64,000 nt of DNA from NCBI GenBank assembly GCA_951406725.2, contig OX597819.1, positions 124,248,001 through 124,312,000 of the forward strand, read 5' to 3'. The notes under the pieces were generated by a model. That model made no database searches. It was not told where the DNA came from and saw nothing but the letters and a program-made list of their open reading frames with translations. Shown one piece after another: positions 35,160 through 47,253 of the stretch; position 1 is the first letter of the stretch, and each line of letters starts with the position of its first letter. The DNA comes from Octopus vulgaris (Eukaryota). The position numbers were made by a program, and so were the translations under genes.

Positions 35160-35701
35160 TCTTTCCTTCATTGGACACTAAACTCTGCTTGCGAAGACTT
35201 GTTGAGGCAAGTGAATCGGAATCAAAATCAAAATCAAATTTGATGACTGGCACCCGTGTTAGTAGAGTGCTAAGAGTACCATACGAGTGAGATCATTGCC
35301 AGAGCAAAAAAGCTAGCCTCTGTGCCGATGGCACATTAATAAGCACCATTTAAGTTTGATCGTTACCTGCGGCGCCTTACTAGCACCTGTGCTGGTGGCA
35401 CGTGAAAAACATTTGAAGTGAGGTTGTTGCCAGTGCCGCTGGACTGGCTCCTGTGCAGGTGGCACATATAAAGCACTATCTGAGCATGGCCGTTGCCAGT
35501 ACCACCTGACTGGCCCTCGTGCCGGTGGCACGTAAAACCACCCACTACACTCTCGGAGTGGTTAGCATTAGGAAAGGCATCCAGCTGTAGAAACTGCCAG
35601 ATCAGATTGAAGTCTGGTGCAGCCATCTGGTTCGCCAGACCTCAGTCAAATCGTCCAACTCATACTAGCATGGAAAATGGACGTTAAATGATGATGATGA
35701 T
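35160..35701 (+). mobile_element. RTE LINE 3' UTR with five repeat units
   Basis: Units at ~35255, 35321, 35388, 35452 and 35518; (GAT)n tail. Confidence 0.88.
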
Positions 35702-35802
35702 ATATATATATATATCAGCATGGCCGCAGCTCTGAGCTGAAACAAGAAAAACGAAATATATATGTATGTATGTATGTATATATATATATATATATATATA
35801 CC

Positions 35803-35945
35803 AGAGTCGACTTTGCCTTTCATCCTTTTGGGGTCGATAAATAAAGTACCAGTTACGCACTGGGGTCGATGTAATCGACTTAATGCGTTTGTCTGTCCTT
35901 GTTTGTCCCCTCTATGTTTAACCCCCTGTGGGCAATAAAGAAATA
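35803..35945 (+). mobile_element. SINE family B, 3' half
   Basis: gtcgactttgcctttcatcc...tgtgggcaataaagaaata. Confidence 0.85.
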
Positions 35946-36023
35946 TATATATATACCAGAGTAAGCACATAAATGCAAAATAAAGGTGGAAAAAATAGTA
36001 CTTGAATACCAGAGATAGAGTAA

Positions 36024-36190
36024 TATGCTTTATTAAAAAGCAGCAAACATATCGCAAAAGCTGTTCCTCAAAGTTTCACATTCCTATTTGTCGGTCAGTT
36101 TTGTTTCTAAACTAAACTATCCGACGAACGGGGACGTAAAACTATGAGGAACCGTTTTTGTGATATTTTTGCTGCTTTTAATAAAACATA
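36024..36190. repeat. Inverted repeat with degenerate hammerhead-like motifs
   Basis: tatgctttattaaaaagcagc...tgtcgg / ccgacga...gctgcttttaataaaacata. Confidence 0.75.
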
Positions 36191-36232
36191 TATATATATA
36201 TACATTATATGTCTGTGTATATATATATATAT

Positions 36233-38270
36233 ATCATCATCATTTAACGTCCGTTTTCCATGCTGGCATGAGTTGGACGGTTTGACAGGGGTCTGGGAAG
36301 CCAGGAGGCTGCACCAGGCTCCAGTCTGATCTGGCAGTGTTTCTACAGCTGGATGCCCTTCCTAACGCCAACCACTCCATGAGTGTAGTGGGTGCTTTTT
36401 ACGTGCTAGGGGAGGCTGGCAAAGGCCACAGTCAGTTGGTGCTTTTTACATGCCACCGGCACGGAAGTAGTCAATTCAGTGCTGGCATCAGCCACGTTCA
36501 GACGGTACTTTCTACGTGCCACCGGCACAGGTATCGCAGCTACAATTTCCATTTGACTTTTTGATGTTGATATACTTGACTCAGTAGGTCTCCTCAAGCA
36601 CAGCAGGTCACCCTACGATCCAAGGTAAGCACAGCAGGCCATCCTGCGATCCAAGGCACTTTGGATGGGCTGGGGTTCTATGTGAAGCTGGTGCAAGAAA
36701 CAGCCATGAATTCACGTTATATTTCGGGTCTTCGCAGTCACAGCATATCTCCAGGGGTCTCAGTCTTTCATCATTGCCTCTGTGAGACCCAACGTTCGAA
36801 AGTCATGCTTGACCACCTCATCCCATGTCTTCCTGGGTCTACCTCTACCGGATTCCTTCAACTGTTTGGGAGTGGCACTTCTTCACACATCTCTCCTCAT
36901 CCATCCATAGTACATGACCATACCAACGCAAACGTCTCTCTTGCACGCCACATCAAATGCTTCTTATGTCCAGCATTTCTCTCAGGGCACTTACACTCTA
37001 TCATGCATGGACACTGATATTACACATCCAGCAGATCATCTAGCTTCATTTCTTTCAAGCCTACACATGTCCTCTGCAGTCACAGCCCATGTTTCACTAT
37101 TGTGAAGCATGGCATTTGCACACATTCGTCATACAATCTACCTTTCACTCTGAGCATCCCTCCACTACTAACTTGGTCACCTAGGTAGTGGAAACTATCG
37201 ACTACTTCTAGTTTCTCCCCCAGGAGTGTAATGGAATCTGTTTTCTGAGTATCTGTGGTGTCTATTGCCCCTGTGCATCTTCTCAGTTAATTTTCCTTTG
37301 ATGTTGCTGCACCTCTTATGTGTCCATAGCTTACACTGGGTACATCTTATGGAGTTTCTACCTACACCTTTTCTACAGATCGAGGAGGGCCACCTACCTA
37401 AAGGGGTGTGTGGTGTGTTTGCCTTCCTACTTTCTAGAACTTTGGTCTTTGCTACATTGACTCTGAGGCCTTTTGATTCTAAACCTAGCTTCCACACCCG
37501 AAATTTCTTCTCTAGTTCTGGTAGTGATTCTGCTATGAGGGCCAGGTCATCAGCTTAGATGATCTCCCAAGGGCAAACCCTCTTGAATTCCTCTGTTATT
37601 GCTTGGACTATGATGAATAAAAGGGGACTGAGCACTGAACCATGGTGGACCCCTACTTCTACCCGGAATTCTTCACTGTACTCATTGCCAATCCTAACCT
37701 TGCTGATGGCCTCTCTGTATAGGGCATGTACAGCCCTTATTAACCATTCGTCAATCTCCAGTTTCTGCATCGCCCACCAGATAAGGGATCGGGGGACCCT
37801 GTCAAAGGCTTTCTCCAATTCCACAAAAGCTATGTTGAGGGGTTTATCTTTGGCTAGTTATTTCTCCTGCAGTTGTTGAACCAGGAATATGGCATCAGTG
37901 GTGCTTCTACCCGACACAAAACTGAACTGCACCTCATCTAAGTAGACTGTCTCCCTAATGAGATGGGCTATGACCCTCTCTGTGACTTCATCACCTGATC
38001 CAACAGTTTAATACCCCTGTTGTTATTTCTATCTAGAGCATCACCTTTACTCTTGTAGCAGTTGACTATGGTGCTGCTATGCCAGTCATTGGGTACGACT
38101 CCATTATGAACTACCTGGTTTACAATGTGGGTGACTAGGCCATAACCCACACCACCAGATGTTTTAAGTATCTCAGCAGTGATTTCTGATGGGCCGGGGG
38201 CTTTTCCTGGCTTCATACCCTTAATTGCTTTATCTACTAGGGAGCTGTCTATTGGGATAGCTGGTCCCTT
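36233..38270 (-). mobile_element. 5'-truncated RTE LINE (~2 kb), RT to tail
   Basis: KAPGPSEITAEILK, KAFDRVPR, SADD region, damaged PHD, 3' UTR and tail; close to the 18780-21212 copy. Confidence 0.94.
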
Positions 38271-38699
38271 TGCTTCTGTCATGTGTGGGACGAGTCCGCC
38301 TGTTGGTCAAGTCTATCGTGAGAATTGCTCTGCCCACTTCCCTCAACCGGGAAGTCAAGGCAGTTTTCATCGTAATGGTGGCCATGGTGAAAGAATGTGT
38401 GTGGTGGACTCGAGCAAAGGATTAGAGACAAACACTTTTCTCTCTGGCCAATCACTCATCAACTTTTTCAAGTACCACTTGAAAAGGAAGGTGAGAATGG
38501 AGAGGCAGGTTTTGTCTCACAAAAGTTTCAAAAAAATGTGGGTGAATGTAGCAAAGATGGTGCGTGCGAGTGACGAAACCACTTTGAGCATGATTCTGTA
38601 AATTGTAAAAGAGAGAGAGAGAGAGAGAGCATTTTGCTCTCGTGTTCATTTCCTCCCTGCCTGAGGTTACCGAATCTCAAGAGAGAAGGGAAATGAAAC

Positions 38700-39200
38700 T
38701 TTTCCAAAATCAGCAAATGCATGCTGTAGCTGGATCATTGAACCAATATTTTAATGATTAGACAGAGGTCCAATAGAATAACTCTCAGAAACAGACTATG
38801 TACAAATTCATTCTTCACAACTCCTGAATCTGCTTTCAGATATGATCCATCCCATTCTGATAAAAATGATAATTTTGTCCAAATTGATGTGCTAAACACA
38901 AATTGTCATTTCTGTAGAGGTTTAACATTTTCAAATGAAACAAATGGCATGTGCTGCTCTGGTGGTCAGGTAACATTGCCAGCACTACCAGCTCCTTATC
39001 AACCTCTTATGGATCTTCTAGAAGGCACTTCCATCGAGTCAAAGGATTTTCTGAACAATATCCAACAATACAACTCAGCATCTAAGAAGATGGTTAAACA
39101 TGAATTTACGCTGTCAAAGTTCAAGGGTAAGCCATTGATTTCGTAACCCACAAATGAACAACCACAGTTCCTCTAAATTTACCATATGAGTGATGTAGGA
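38700..39200 (+). mobile_element. Helitron Rep/helicase N-terminal remnant
   Basis: CHFC..F..E...MCCSGGQVTLP..P.PYQPLMDLL..SKDFLNNIQQYNSA matches the Helitron-like N-terminal Cys motif. Confidence 0.8.
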
Positions 39201-39467
39201 TAACAAACCTGAAGGAGGTATCAAAATTTCAGATGATGGGTCATGTTAGACACAGCACCAACTGCTGCAAAAGAGAGTATATCTACTGACAGCTTTTCGG
39301 TTCGTTCAAAATCACATAACCCCCAGCTCCAATTTTCCATGACAGGTTAGGGCCTGAAATACTCCAAACGGACGCATAGCGTGTTGCCTAGTCGAATTAG
39401 CCCATCATTTACTCCACAAATGTTTTGTTGTCAATGCTGCACTTTCCCATATCACCTGTTACCAATA

Positions 39468-39856
39468 GGCGTAGGAGTGGCTGTGTAAGTAGCTTGTTTA
39501 CCAGCCACATGGTTCTGGGTTCAGTCCCACTGCGTGGCATCTTGGGCAAGTGTCTTCTGCTATAGCCTCGGGCCAACCAAAGCCTTGTTAGTGGATTTGG
39601 TAGACGGAAACTGAAAGAAGCCCGTCGTATATATGTATATATATATGCGTGTGTGTGTTTGTGTTTGTCTCCCTAGCATTGCTTGACAACCGATGCTGGT
39701 GTGTTTACGTCCCCGTTACTTAGCGGTTTGGCAAAAGAGACTGATAGACTAAGTACTAGGCTTACAAAAGAATAAGTCCCAGGGTCGAGTTGCTCGATTA
39801 AAGGCGGTGCTCCAGCATGGCCGCAGTCAAATGACTGAAACAAGTAAAAGAGTAAA
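39468..39856 (+). mobile_element. SINE family A, full length
   Basis: Matches the 30431 copy end to end. Confidence 0.92.
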
Positions 39857-40152
39857 CTATGCCAGTTTAAAATATTGGCGAGTCTGAGAAGGTTATTGCT
39901 GGCATTTATACACAGTGATTTCTAAAAAGAGACATGTAAACGATAATTTCTTTTAATAGCATACTTTTCTGTTAGAAAATGCTTTTTCTTACACACACGG
40001 TTTCGATTGATTGAGGTTGGGGTAAGAATTTTAATTACAATTTTTTTCTTCTTGCTTATATCCCACCAATGGATCACGAGTGTGTTACTTCGGCATCATC
40101 ATTCCATAAAATGTGTTTAATTGGAGAAAAATACTGAAAAAAAAAACATATA

Positions 40153-40558
40153 GGCGCAGGAGTGGCTGTGTGGAAAGTAGCTTGCTAACCAACCACATGG
40201 TTCCGGGTTCAGTCCCACTGCGTGGCATCTTGGGCAAGTGTCTTCTGCTATAGCTCCGGGCCAACCAAAGCCTTGTGAGTGGATTTGGTAGACGGAAACT
40301 GAAAGAAGCCTGTCGTATATATGTATATATATATATAAGTGTGTGTATATGTTTGTGTGTCTGTGTTTGTCCCCCCCTAGCATTGCTTGACAACCGATGC
40401 TGGTGTGTTTACGTCCCCGCCACTTAGCGGTTCGGCAAAAGAGACCGATAGAATAAGTACTGGGCTTACAAAAGAATAAGTCCCGGGGTCGATTTGCTCG
40501 ACTAAAGGCGGTGCTCCAGTATGGCCGCAGTCAAATGACTGAAACAAGTAAAAGAGTA
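40153..40558 (+). mobile_element. SINE family A, full length
   Basis: Matches the 30431 copy end to end. Confidence 0.92.
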
Positions 40559-40864
40559 TCCATGTGAGAGTGAAAACGGAGGGTGGTTTGGGATGTGTTA
40601 GAAACAACAGCCAAATCTCCCTTGAATCGTACACCTTTTATTCTGAAAATATTTACAACTTCTCTTTTTCCTTTACAGAAAAAGCTCCTCCCATAGTTTA
40701 AGAAGTTTAGACAAAAATTGGCCAAGATCGGTCCGGACTGGGATGGTGAGGAACACGGCAGGATGTGAAAAAATTTCAAAACTGTAGGATTGTTTTCCAT
40801 TTATAATAAAACAAAACAAATATATACAAACTATAAAAATAATTTTAAAATTATACAGCTCTGT

Positions 40865-40938
40865 TTCTATTTCGCGGTTTTTCACCTATCGCGGGGTGGG
40901 GGTGGAAAGTAACACCCGCGATAGTCGAGGGATTACTG
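40865..40938. mobile_element. pogo/Tigger-like TIR end
   Basis: Reverse complement TA-CAGTAATCCCTCGACTATCGCGG abutting (TA)n; only one end seen. Confidence 0.45.
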
Positions 40939-41231
40939 TATGTATATATATATATATACACACATATAATATATATATATATAACTTAGAAAGGTTTTGG
41001 CCAGTATTGGCTCAGGCCATGTCTAACTTAATAGCACCACCTATATATATATACATATAATATATATATATACATACATATATATATATACATACATACA
41101 TATAATATATATATACATACATACATATATATATATACATACATACATATACATACATACATACATACATATACATACATACATATATATACATACAGAT
41201 ATATACATACATACATATATATATACATACA

Positions 41232-41263
<32 letters not shown>

Positions 41264-41310
41264 CATATATATATATACATACATATATACATACATACAT
41301 ATATATATAT

Positions 41311-41355
<45 letters not shown>

Positions 41356-41377
41356 CATAATATATATATACATAATA

Positions 41378-41423
<46 letters not shown>

Positions 41424-41465
41424 CATATATATATATATATACACATACATATATAAATATATATC
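40939..41465. repeat. Compound (TA)n/(TACA)n microsatellite
   Basis: Directly visible; main block 41042-41463. Confidence 0.97.
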
Positions 41466-42452
41466 ATCAATTAATAAATTTTAGGGTAGCAAAAAATTCT
41501 AGAAAAATTCTCCGCGACCAAGTGAGAAAGAAAAAATAGTCAATAGACTATATAATATACATGCAAACATGTATATGTTTGAATATATAAATATATACAT
41601 ACACACACACACACAAATGTTTATTTTCATTTTTCGGTCATGTCCATTGCTCTGTATTATTAATACTAACAATTGTTGGTATCAAAACGGGGGGTTGCAG
41701 TTTCGCATTCGCACCTCTCCTTGAAAAATGCATTTTTTTATTTTGAAAAGGTTTTTTCGAATTCCTAAGGAGATTACGAAAGTGCAAAATAGTATTTTTT
41801 TAATTTCTCCCTCCCCAATTTCAAATTTTGGATTTTGTTTACTTCAAAAAGATCGAAGCGAATCGAAATTAAATACAGACAAAAAACATTAAAGTGAAAA
41901 GAATTAGCGATTTATTTGTGTTTTGCCTTAATCGTAATTAATTTCTTGTAAATTGAATTTTCACCATTTTATGAGAAACAAACATTAATGTCTAATAATT
42001 GTTATAACGTCTAATAAGGGACTCAAATTTCATGCCCTCCCTTAATTTTAGATTTTGAACTTTTTCATCCATTTATTTATCTATCTGTCTGTGTATTTAT
42101 TCCTGTCCGTTTATTCATAAAATATATTTTTTAACTAAATGTGACGGTCCTAAAGAAGAAGACGGTGTTACTGTTGCTTTTTAGCCCCAGGAAGACATTC
42201 ATATCTATTTATCTCTTTATACGCATATATCTATAATGTTTATTGAATTTAAAATTTTGAAAACGTGGTTTCTTGCATATGAGGAACATTCGTCATCTAA
42301 AACATAGGGGGAAAAAAATTTTAGAAAAAATTCAAAATTTTAAATGGGAGGGGAAATGGTGGTGGGGGTATTTCTTTGCGTATTCTTAATCTCCAACATT
42401 TAAAGCGTAGAAATCTGTAAAAAAAAACACTTTTCAAAGAAATGCATTTTTG

Positions 42453-42759
42453 GGTACTACTAGCGAAAAGTGGTCCCTGTGCGCGCACACGCACATCCGC
42501 GGTAGCTAGTCGTGACTAGTCGATCCTACAACGACTTACCTAGCAAAGTAAATAAAACACAAAATAAATAATTATTTTACACAAAGTAAATCATTTTTGT
42601 TAAACAAAATAAATAAAACACAAAAATACAAAGTAAATGATTTTTTAAACAAAGTAAATAACACAAAACACAAAGTAAGGATCGACTAGTCATGACTAGC
42701 TAGTGCGGATGCGCGAGTACGCGAGAGCGCGCAATGGGACACTGTTCGCTAGTAGCACC
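42453..42759. mobile_element. GGTAC-terminated MITE, third copy
   Basis: GGTACTAC...GTAGCACC; flanks catttttg / tatttttg (7/8); internal CAAAGTAAAT repeats. Confidence 0.9.
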
Positions 42760-43214
42760 TATTTTTGAAGAGGTCCGAACTGCATTAGCCCCTCAAATGC
42801 TATGCTGGTTTTCGTCGTGTCTATGTATAACCGAATTGGCCATTTGACTGAGTTTTGAAACCAAAGAGTTTCTGGTTCCTTCCCATCGATTTTCAAATCC
42901 GGCAACACAGCAGCCATCTTAACCTTCTTCAACGGTTTTTCAATCACAGTTTCGTTAAGCTCTACGCAAACAAACTAGACGAGACGAGAATACATTTATC
43001 AAAGGTTTATTACTTTGCCTACATCAACGCTTAAGTCGTCATTCGTTTCTGTTTAATTCACTCAGATTCGTTTGACACTCACTCTTGGCAGCATTCCATT
43101 GTTTTCCTTCTCCTACCGGAAGTCCCAACTTCCGAGCTAAGCCCGCAGCGAAGTTTATGGCTCCACACAGTTTCATTTTTTTTCTTTTATTAAAGCGTTC
43201 ATGATATACATTGT

Positions 43215-43410
43215 GGAGGCGCAATGGTCCAATGGTTAGGGTAGCGGACTCGCGGTTTCAATTCCCAGACCGGGCATTGTGAGTGTTTATTGAGCGAAAA
43301 CACCTAAAGTTCCACGGCGGGGTGGGGTGAACCCTGCTGTACTCTTTCACCTCAACTTTCTCTCACTCTTTCTCTGTGTCACGCTGAATCTCCCCGAGAA
43401 CTACGTTAAC
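43215..43410 (+). mobile_element. tRNA-derived SINE, family C (internally deleted)
   Basis: ggaggcgcaatggtccaatggttaggg head, GGTTTCAATTCC B-box; 3' segment shared with the element at 61818-62098. Confidence 0.7.
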
Positions 43411-44499
43411 TACTGGTAGTAGTAGTAGTAGTAGTAGTAGCTATCATTAGTCTCAATTACAGTAGTAGGGTTTCTGTTACCACGGGAATAAAGCAGCACT
43501 TAGTCTTTCCCAAGAGTCAGGAATATCTGTATTTTCAGTTACCAACTCTTACAATAACAGTACGAGAAACAATGATAACAACAAATATATTCTGAGAGTG
43601 GACTGGAAGGGTCTACTCTAATCTTGCACTCTCCAATTCACATAGCAGAAATATTCCTACACCAAATGGATCCAATTGCCACTGCAAAGCTGGGAATGAA
43701 TCAAGCCTGTATCAAGCACACTGTAGGAGGTTTGGTGTGATCTCCAAGTGCATGGTCCTTTCTAGACTTCAAAACTCTATTAAATCTTATGCCAGACATT
43801 CTGCACATTTAATCTCTTTTAAATATGAAAAATATAGCAAATCCACTTCTCTTGCAGAGCATATAGACTAAAGAGAATATAACACAAAACATAGCTGGGT
43901 CCATCACAGATGATGATGATGATGATCATCATCATCATCATCATTGTTTAACGTCTGTTTTCCATGCTAGCATGGGTAGGACGGTTCGACCTGGGTCTAG
44001 CATTTCTCGGATTTTCACAAGGTCTGTGGATTTCTTCAATGGTTGATTTTATTTTGATGTAATTCATAGTTACAATTCCTTCATATAGAGCTGTGGTGTC
44101 AAAGAATTCAACTGACATATTTATTTGCTAGTGTTCCAATGGTAGATGGTCTGGGAAGCCAGAAGGCTGCACCAGGCTCCAGTCTTATCTGGCAGTGTTT
44201 CTACAGCTGGATGCCCTTCCTAACGCCAACCACTCCGTGAGTGTAGTGGGTGCTTTTTTATGTGCCACTGGCACAGGTGCCAGGGGAGGCTGGCAACGGC
44301 CACGATTGGTTGGTGCTTTTTACGTGCCACTGACACAGAAGCCAGCTAAGGCGGCACTGGCATCGGCCACGTTCAGATGGTGCTTTTTACGTGTCAACAT
44401 GACACCTGTTGTCTTGTGTTTGAAGAAATCTCTGCAAATCTTGTCACATGACCCTACACGATCATTAAATAAGCAGTATGAAGCCTTCTCTACATGTAT

Positions 44500-44690
44500 C
44501 CACATAGCTGAAAGAACATCACATTGAAGTCTGTCAAGATCTCCATCATCATGCCACTGATGACTGATTCTTCATGTCAAGGATCATCACAGGTGACAAG
44601 AGTTGGCTCAACAGGTATGACTCTGAGATGAAGCAGCAGTCATCACCATGACCAAAGAAGGCATGACAGAGCTGCAGCCCATTTTTTTTA
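44500..44690 (+). mobile_element. mariner transposase remnant
   Basis: RIITGDKSWLNRYDSEMKQQSS (ITGDE.W..YD.E.K.QS motif) at 44580-44650; flanked by RTE tails (43927-44395 -, 44750-44807 +). Confidence 0.7.
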
Positions 44691-45255
44691 CATCTCCATA
44701 TATATATAAATGGCAAAATGTCTGTCTGTGTGTGTGTCCTTTATACAAATCGTCCAACCCATGCTAGCATGGAAAGTGGACGTTAAACGATGATGATGAT
44801 GATGATGAATTATATCAAAAGCTGGACTTTGGTCAATCCCATTACAGGCGATAAGTGGTTGGTCTTTACAACATATCATTAAGTAAATAATTGTAGTTAA
44901 TTGATGCAAATTTTATTACGATAAACTAATTATTAGTACTATTAACATAATCTTAACTATTATGATTACTTCTAAAATTTTGGCACTATCACTCCCTCTT
45001 TTTCTAGACCTATTGGCGTATCCGGTTATGGTAAAGTATTCATTTTACCTTTTTATTATTTATATACCCTGTCACCCCTAAAAAAAGATTAACCCACCCA
45101 GTGATATTTTTAGTCTAGTCATTTACTCAATGTCCTGAGGCATCACATTGCAAAATGGTAGGATTTAAATATATTAAGCCTTTATTCTTTTTCTTGAGGC
45201 TCTTCTTTTCTGTATTTTTACTCACCCTGATGAAGCTCCATGTTCCAGATCAAGT

Positions 45256-45668
45256 CATCATCATCATCATCGTTTAACGTCCGCTTTCCATGCTAGCATG
45301 GGTTGGGCGATTTTGACTGAGGGCTGGCGAACCAGATGGCTGCGCCAGGCTCCAATCTTGATCTGGCAGTGTCTCTACAGCTGGATGCCCTTCCTAACAC
45401 CAACTACTCCGAGAGTGTAGTGGGTGCTTTTTACATGCCACCGGCATGGGGGCCAGTCAGGTGGTACTGGCAATGACCTCGCTCAAATCTTTTTACACAT
45501 GCCACCAGCACAGGTGCTAGTAAGGCGACGTTGGTAACGATCACACTCGAATGGTGCCCTTTTATGTGCCACTGGCACAGAAGCCAGTTGGCTGCTCTGG
45601 CAATGATCACGCTTTGATGGTGCTCTAGGCACCCTACTAGCACGGGCACAAGTGCCAGTAAGGCGATG
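45256..45668 (-). mobile_element. RTE LINE 3' UTR/tail
   Basis: (CAT)n gtttaacgtcc... with four repeat units. Confidence 0.88.
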
Positions 45669-45835
45669 CAAAATATGATGAATATTATTCTCAGAATTTT
45701 CAATGGCAATGCCATGGAACATTGGAAGCAGAAACAGCTGTTAGACGGGATGAAGTCTTTGTATTAAAGTAATAACTGATATTAGTCAATTGTTGTTGAT
45801 CAACATTTCTCCATTTTCTGCTTACTTTATATATG

Positions 45836-45874
<39 letters not shown>

Positions 45875-46197
45875 CATGCTCTCTCTCACTTTCTCCCCAT
45901 TCATCACCCTCTTGTACTATCTTATATCTCTCCCCACCACTGCACACTCAATAACACTATAAAAGTAATCAAATTTTACCCAAGAACTTAGTTCAATTTG
46001 AACACTCCACTAGAATGGACAAAAGTGCTAATTTGTGATATATGATGTATAAAAACATGTAATATATAAATAAATATCTGTAAATATGAAACTATCCGAA
46101 TTTCTGAGTACCTCATTTCTTCTAATATAAAATACCTGTACATCATCTCCAAACCTTGTAAGATATATATGTATAAAATGTTGCAAATATGAATATA

Positions 46198-46600
46198 GGC
46201 GCAGGAGTGGCTGTGTGGTAAGTAGCTTGTTTACCAACCACATGGTTCCGAGTTCAGTCCCACTGTGTGGCACCTTGGGCAAGTGTCTTCTACTATAGCC
46301 TCGGGCTGACCAAAGCCTTGTGAGTGGATTTGGTAGACGGAAACTGAAAGAAGCCCATCGTATATATGTATATACGTGTGTGTGTTTGTGTGTCTGTGTT
46401 TGTCCCCTTAGCATTGCTTGACAACCGATGCTGGTGTGTTTATGTCCCCGTTACTTAGCGGTTCGGCAAAAGAGACCAATAGAATAAGTACTGGGTTTAC
46501 AAAAAGAATAAGTCATGGGGTCGAGTTGCTCGATTAAAAGGCGGTGCTCCAGCATGACCGCAGTCAGATGACTGAAACAAGTAAAAGAATAAAAGAATAA
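46198..46600 (+). mobile_element. SINE family A, full length
   Basis: Matches the family A consensus end to end. Confidence 0.92.
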
Positions 46601-47253
46601 TACAAAAAATCCCCCAAAACAGTCAGATTAAAGTAAGATGGTAAGGTTGTTTATTTTAATCCCTTTTTTTTGTATATATGAGTGACCTAGTAAGCCAGGT
46701 TTATTGTGGAGATGGTGGTGGTGGTGGAAGTTAGCTAGATGAAAGTGTAGATGATTTTTGAAAGTGAGAGGAAATTACTTCTCTCGACACAAAGGAAACC
46801 ATTGCTGCTTGTGACCTAGTTAAACTTTCCCGCCAAACTGCTGGATATTTTCACTTGACAGTTAAAACCATTCTCGATAAGAAGCTCTTTATTTAAATGT
46901 CCCTAGGCTACGTTTCTGCTCTCTTAACTTACGTTTTGTGTTTCACATCACAAGGTAACTTACCTGAATATATTTCAATCGAGTTAAATAGAAAAAAGGA
47001 AAAAATAAATTCAACAAATTTTCCTTTATAGAAATAATTCAACTGCCTTTCTATTTGATCACATGCATTCCAGTCATGAAAATTCAAAATTATTATCTAT
47101 CAGGAAGAAAATTGTCCAATGTATTTAGCATGGCAGGATGAGTTTCAATGTGAAGGTTAGTAATAGTTATTTTTTTGGAGGAGTGTATATGGAACAGGAC
47201 TTAAAACAAATGCTAAAACGAAATGAATAACAGTAAACAATTTTTCTTTCAAA

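Noticed and set aside
35250-35545. CRISPR-like repeat-spacer appearance of the ~63-nt units
   Set aside because: The spacers are homologous to each other, the array is part of a LINE 3' UTR, the context is eukaryotic and there are no cas genes.
41012-41470. Y/I/M/C/V-rich ORFs of 125-152 aa
   Set aside because: Translations of a (TA)/(TACA) microsatellite.
46826-46837. E2F-like site TTTCCCGCCAAA
   Set aside because: Isolated motif with no CpG-rich promoter or exon nearby that I can support.
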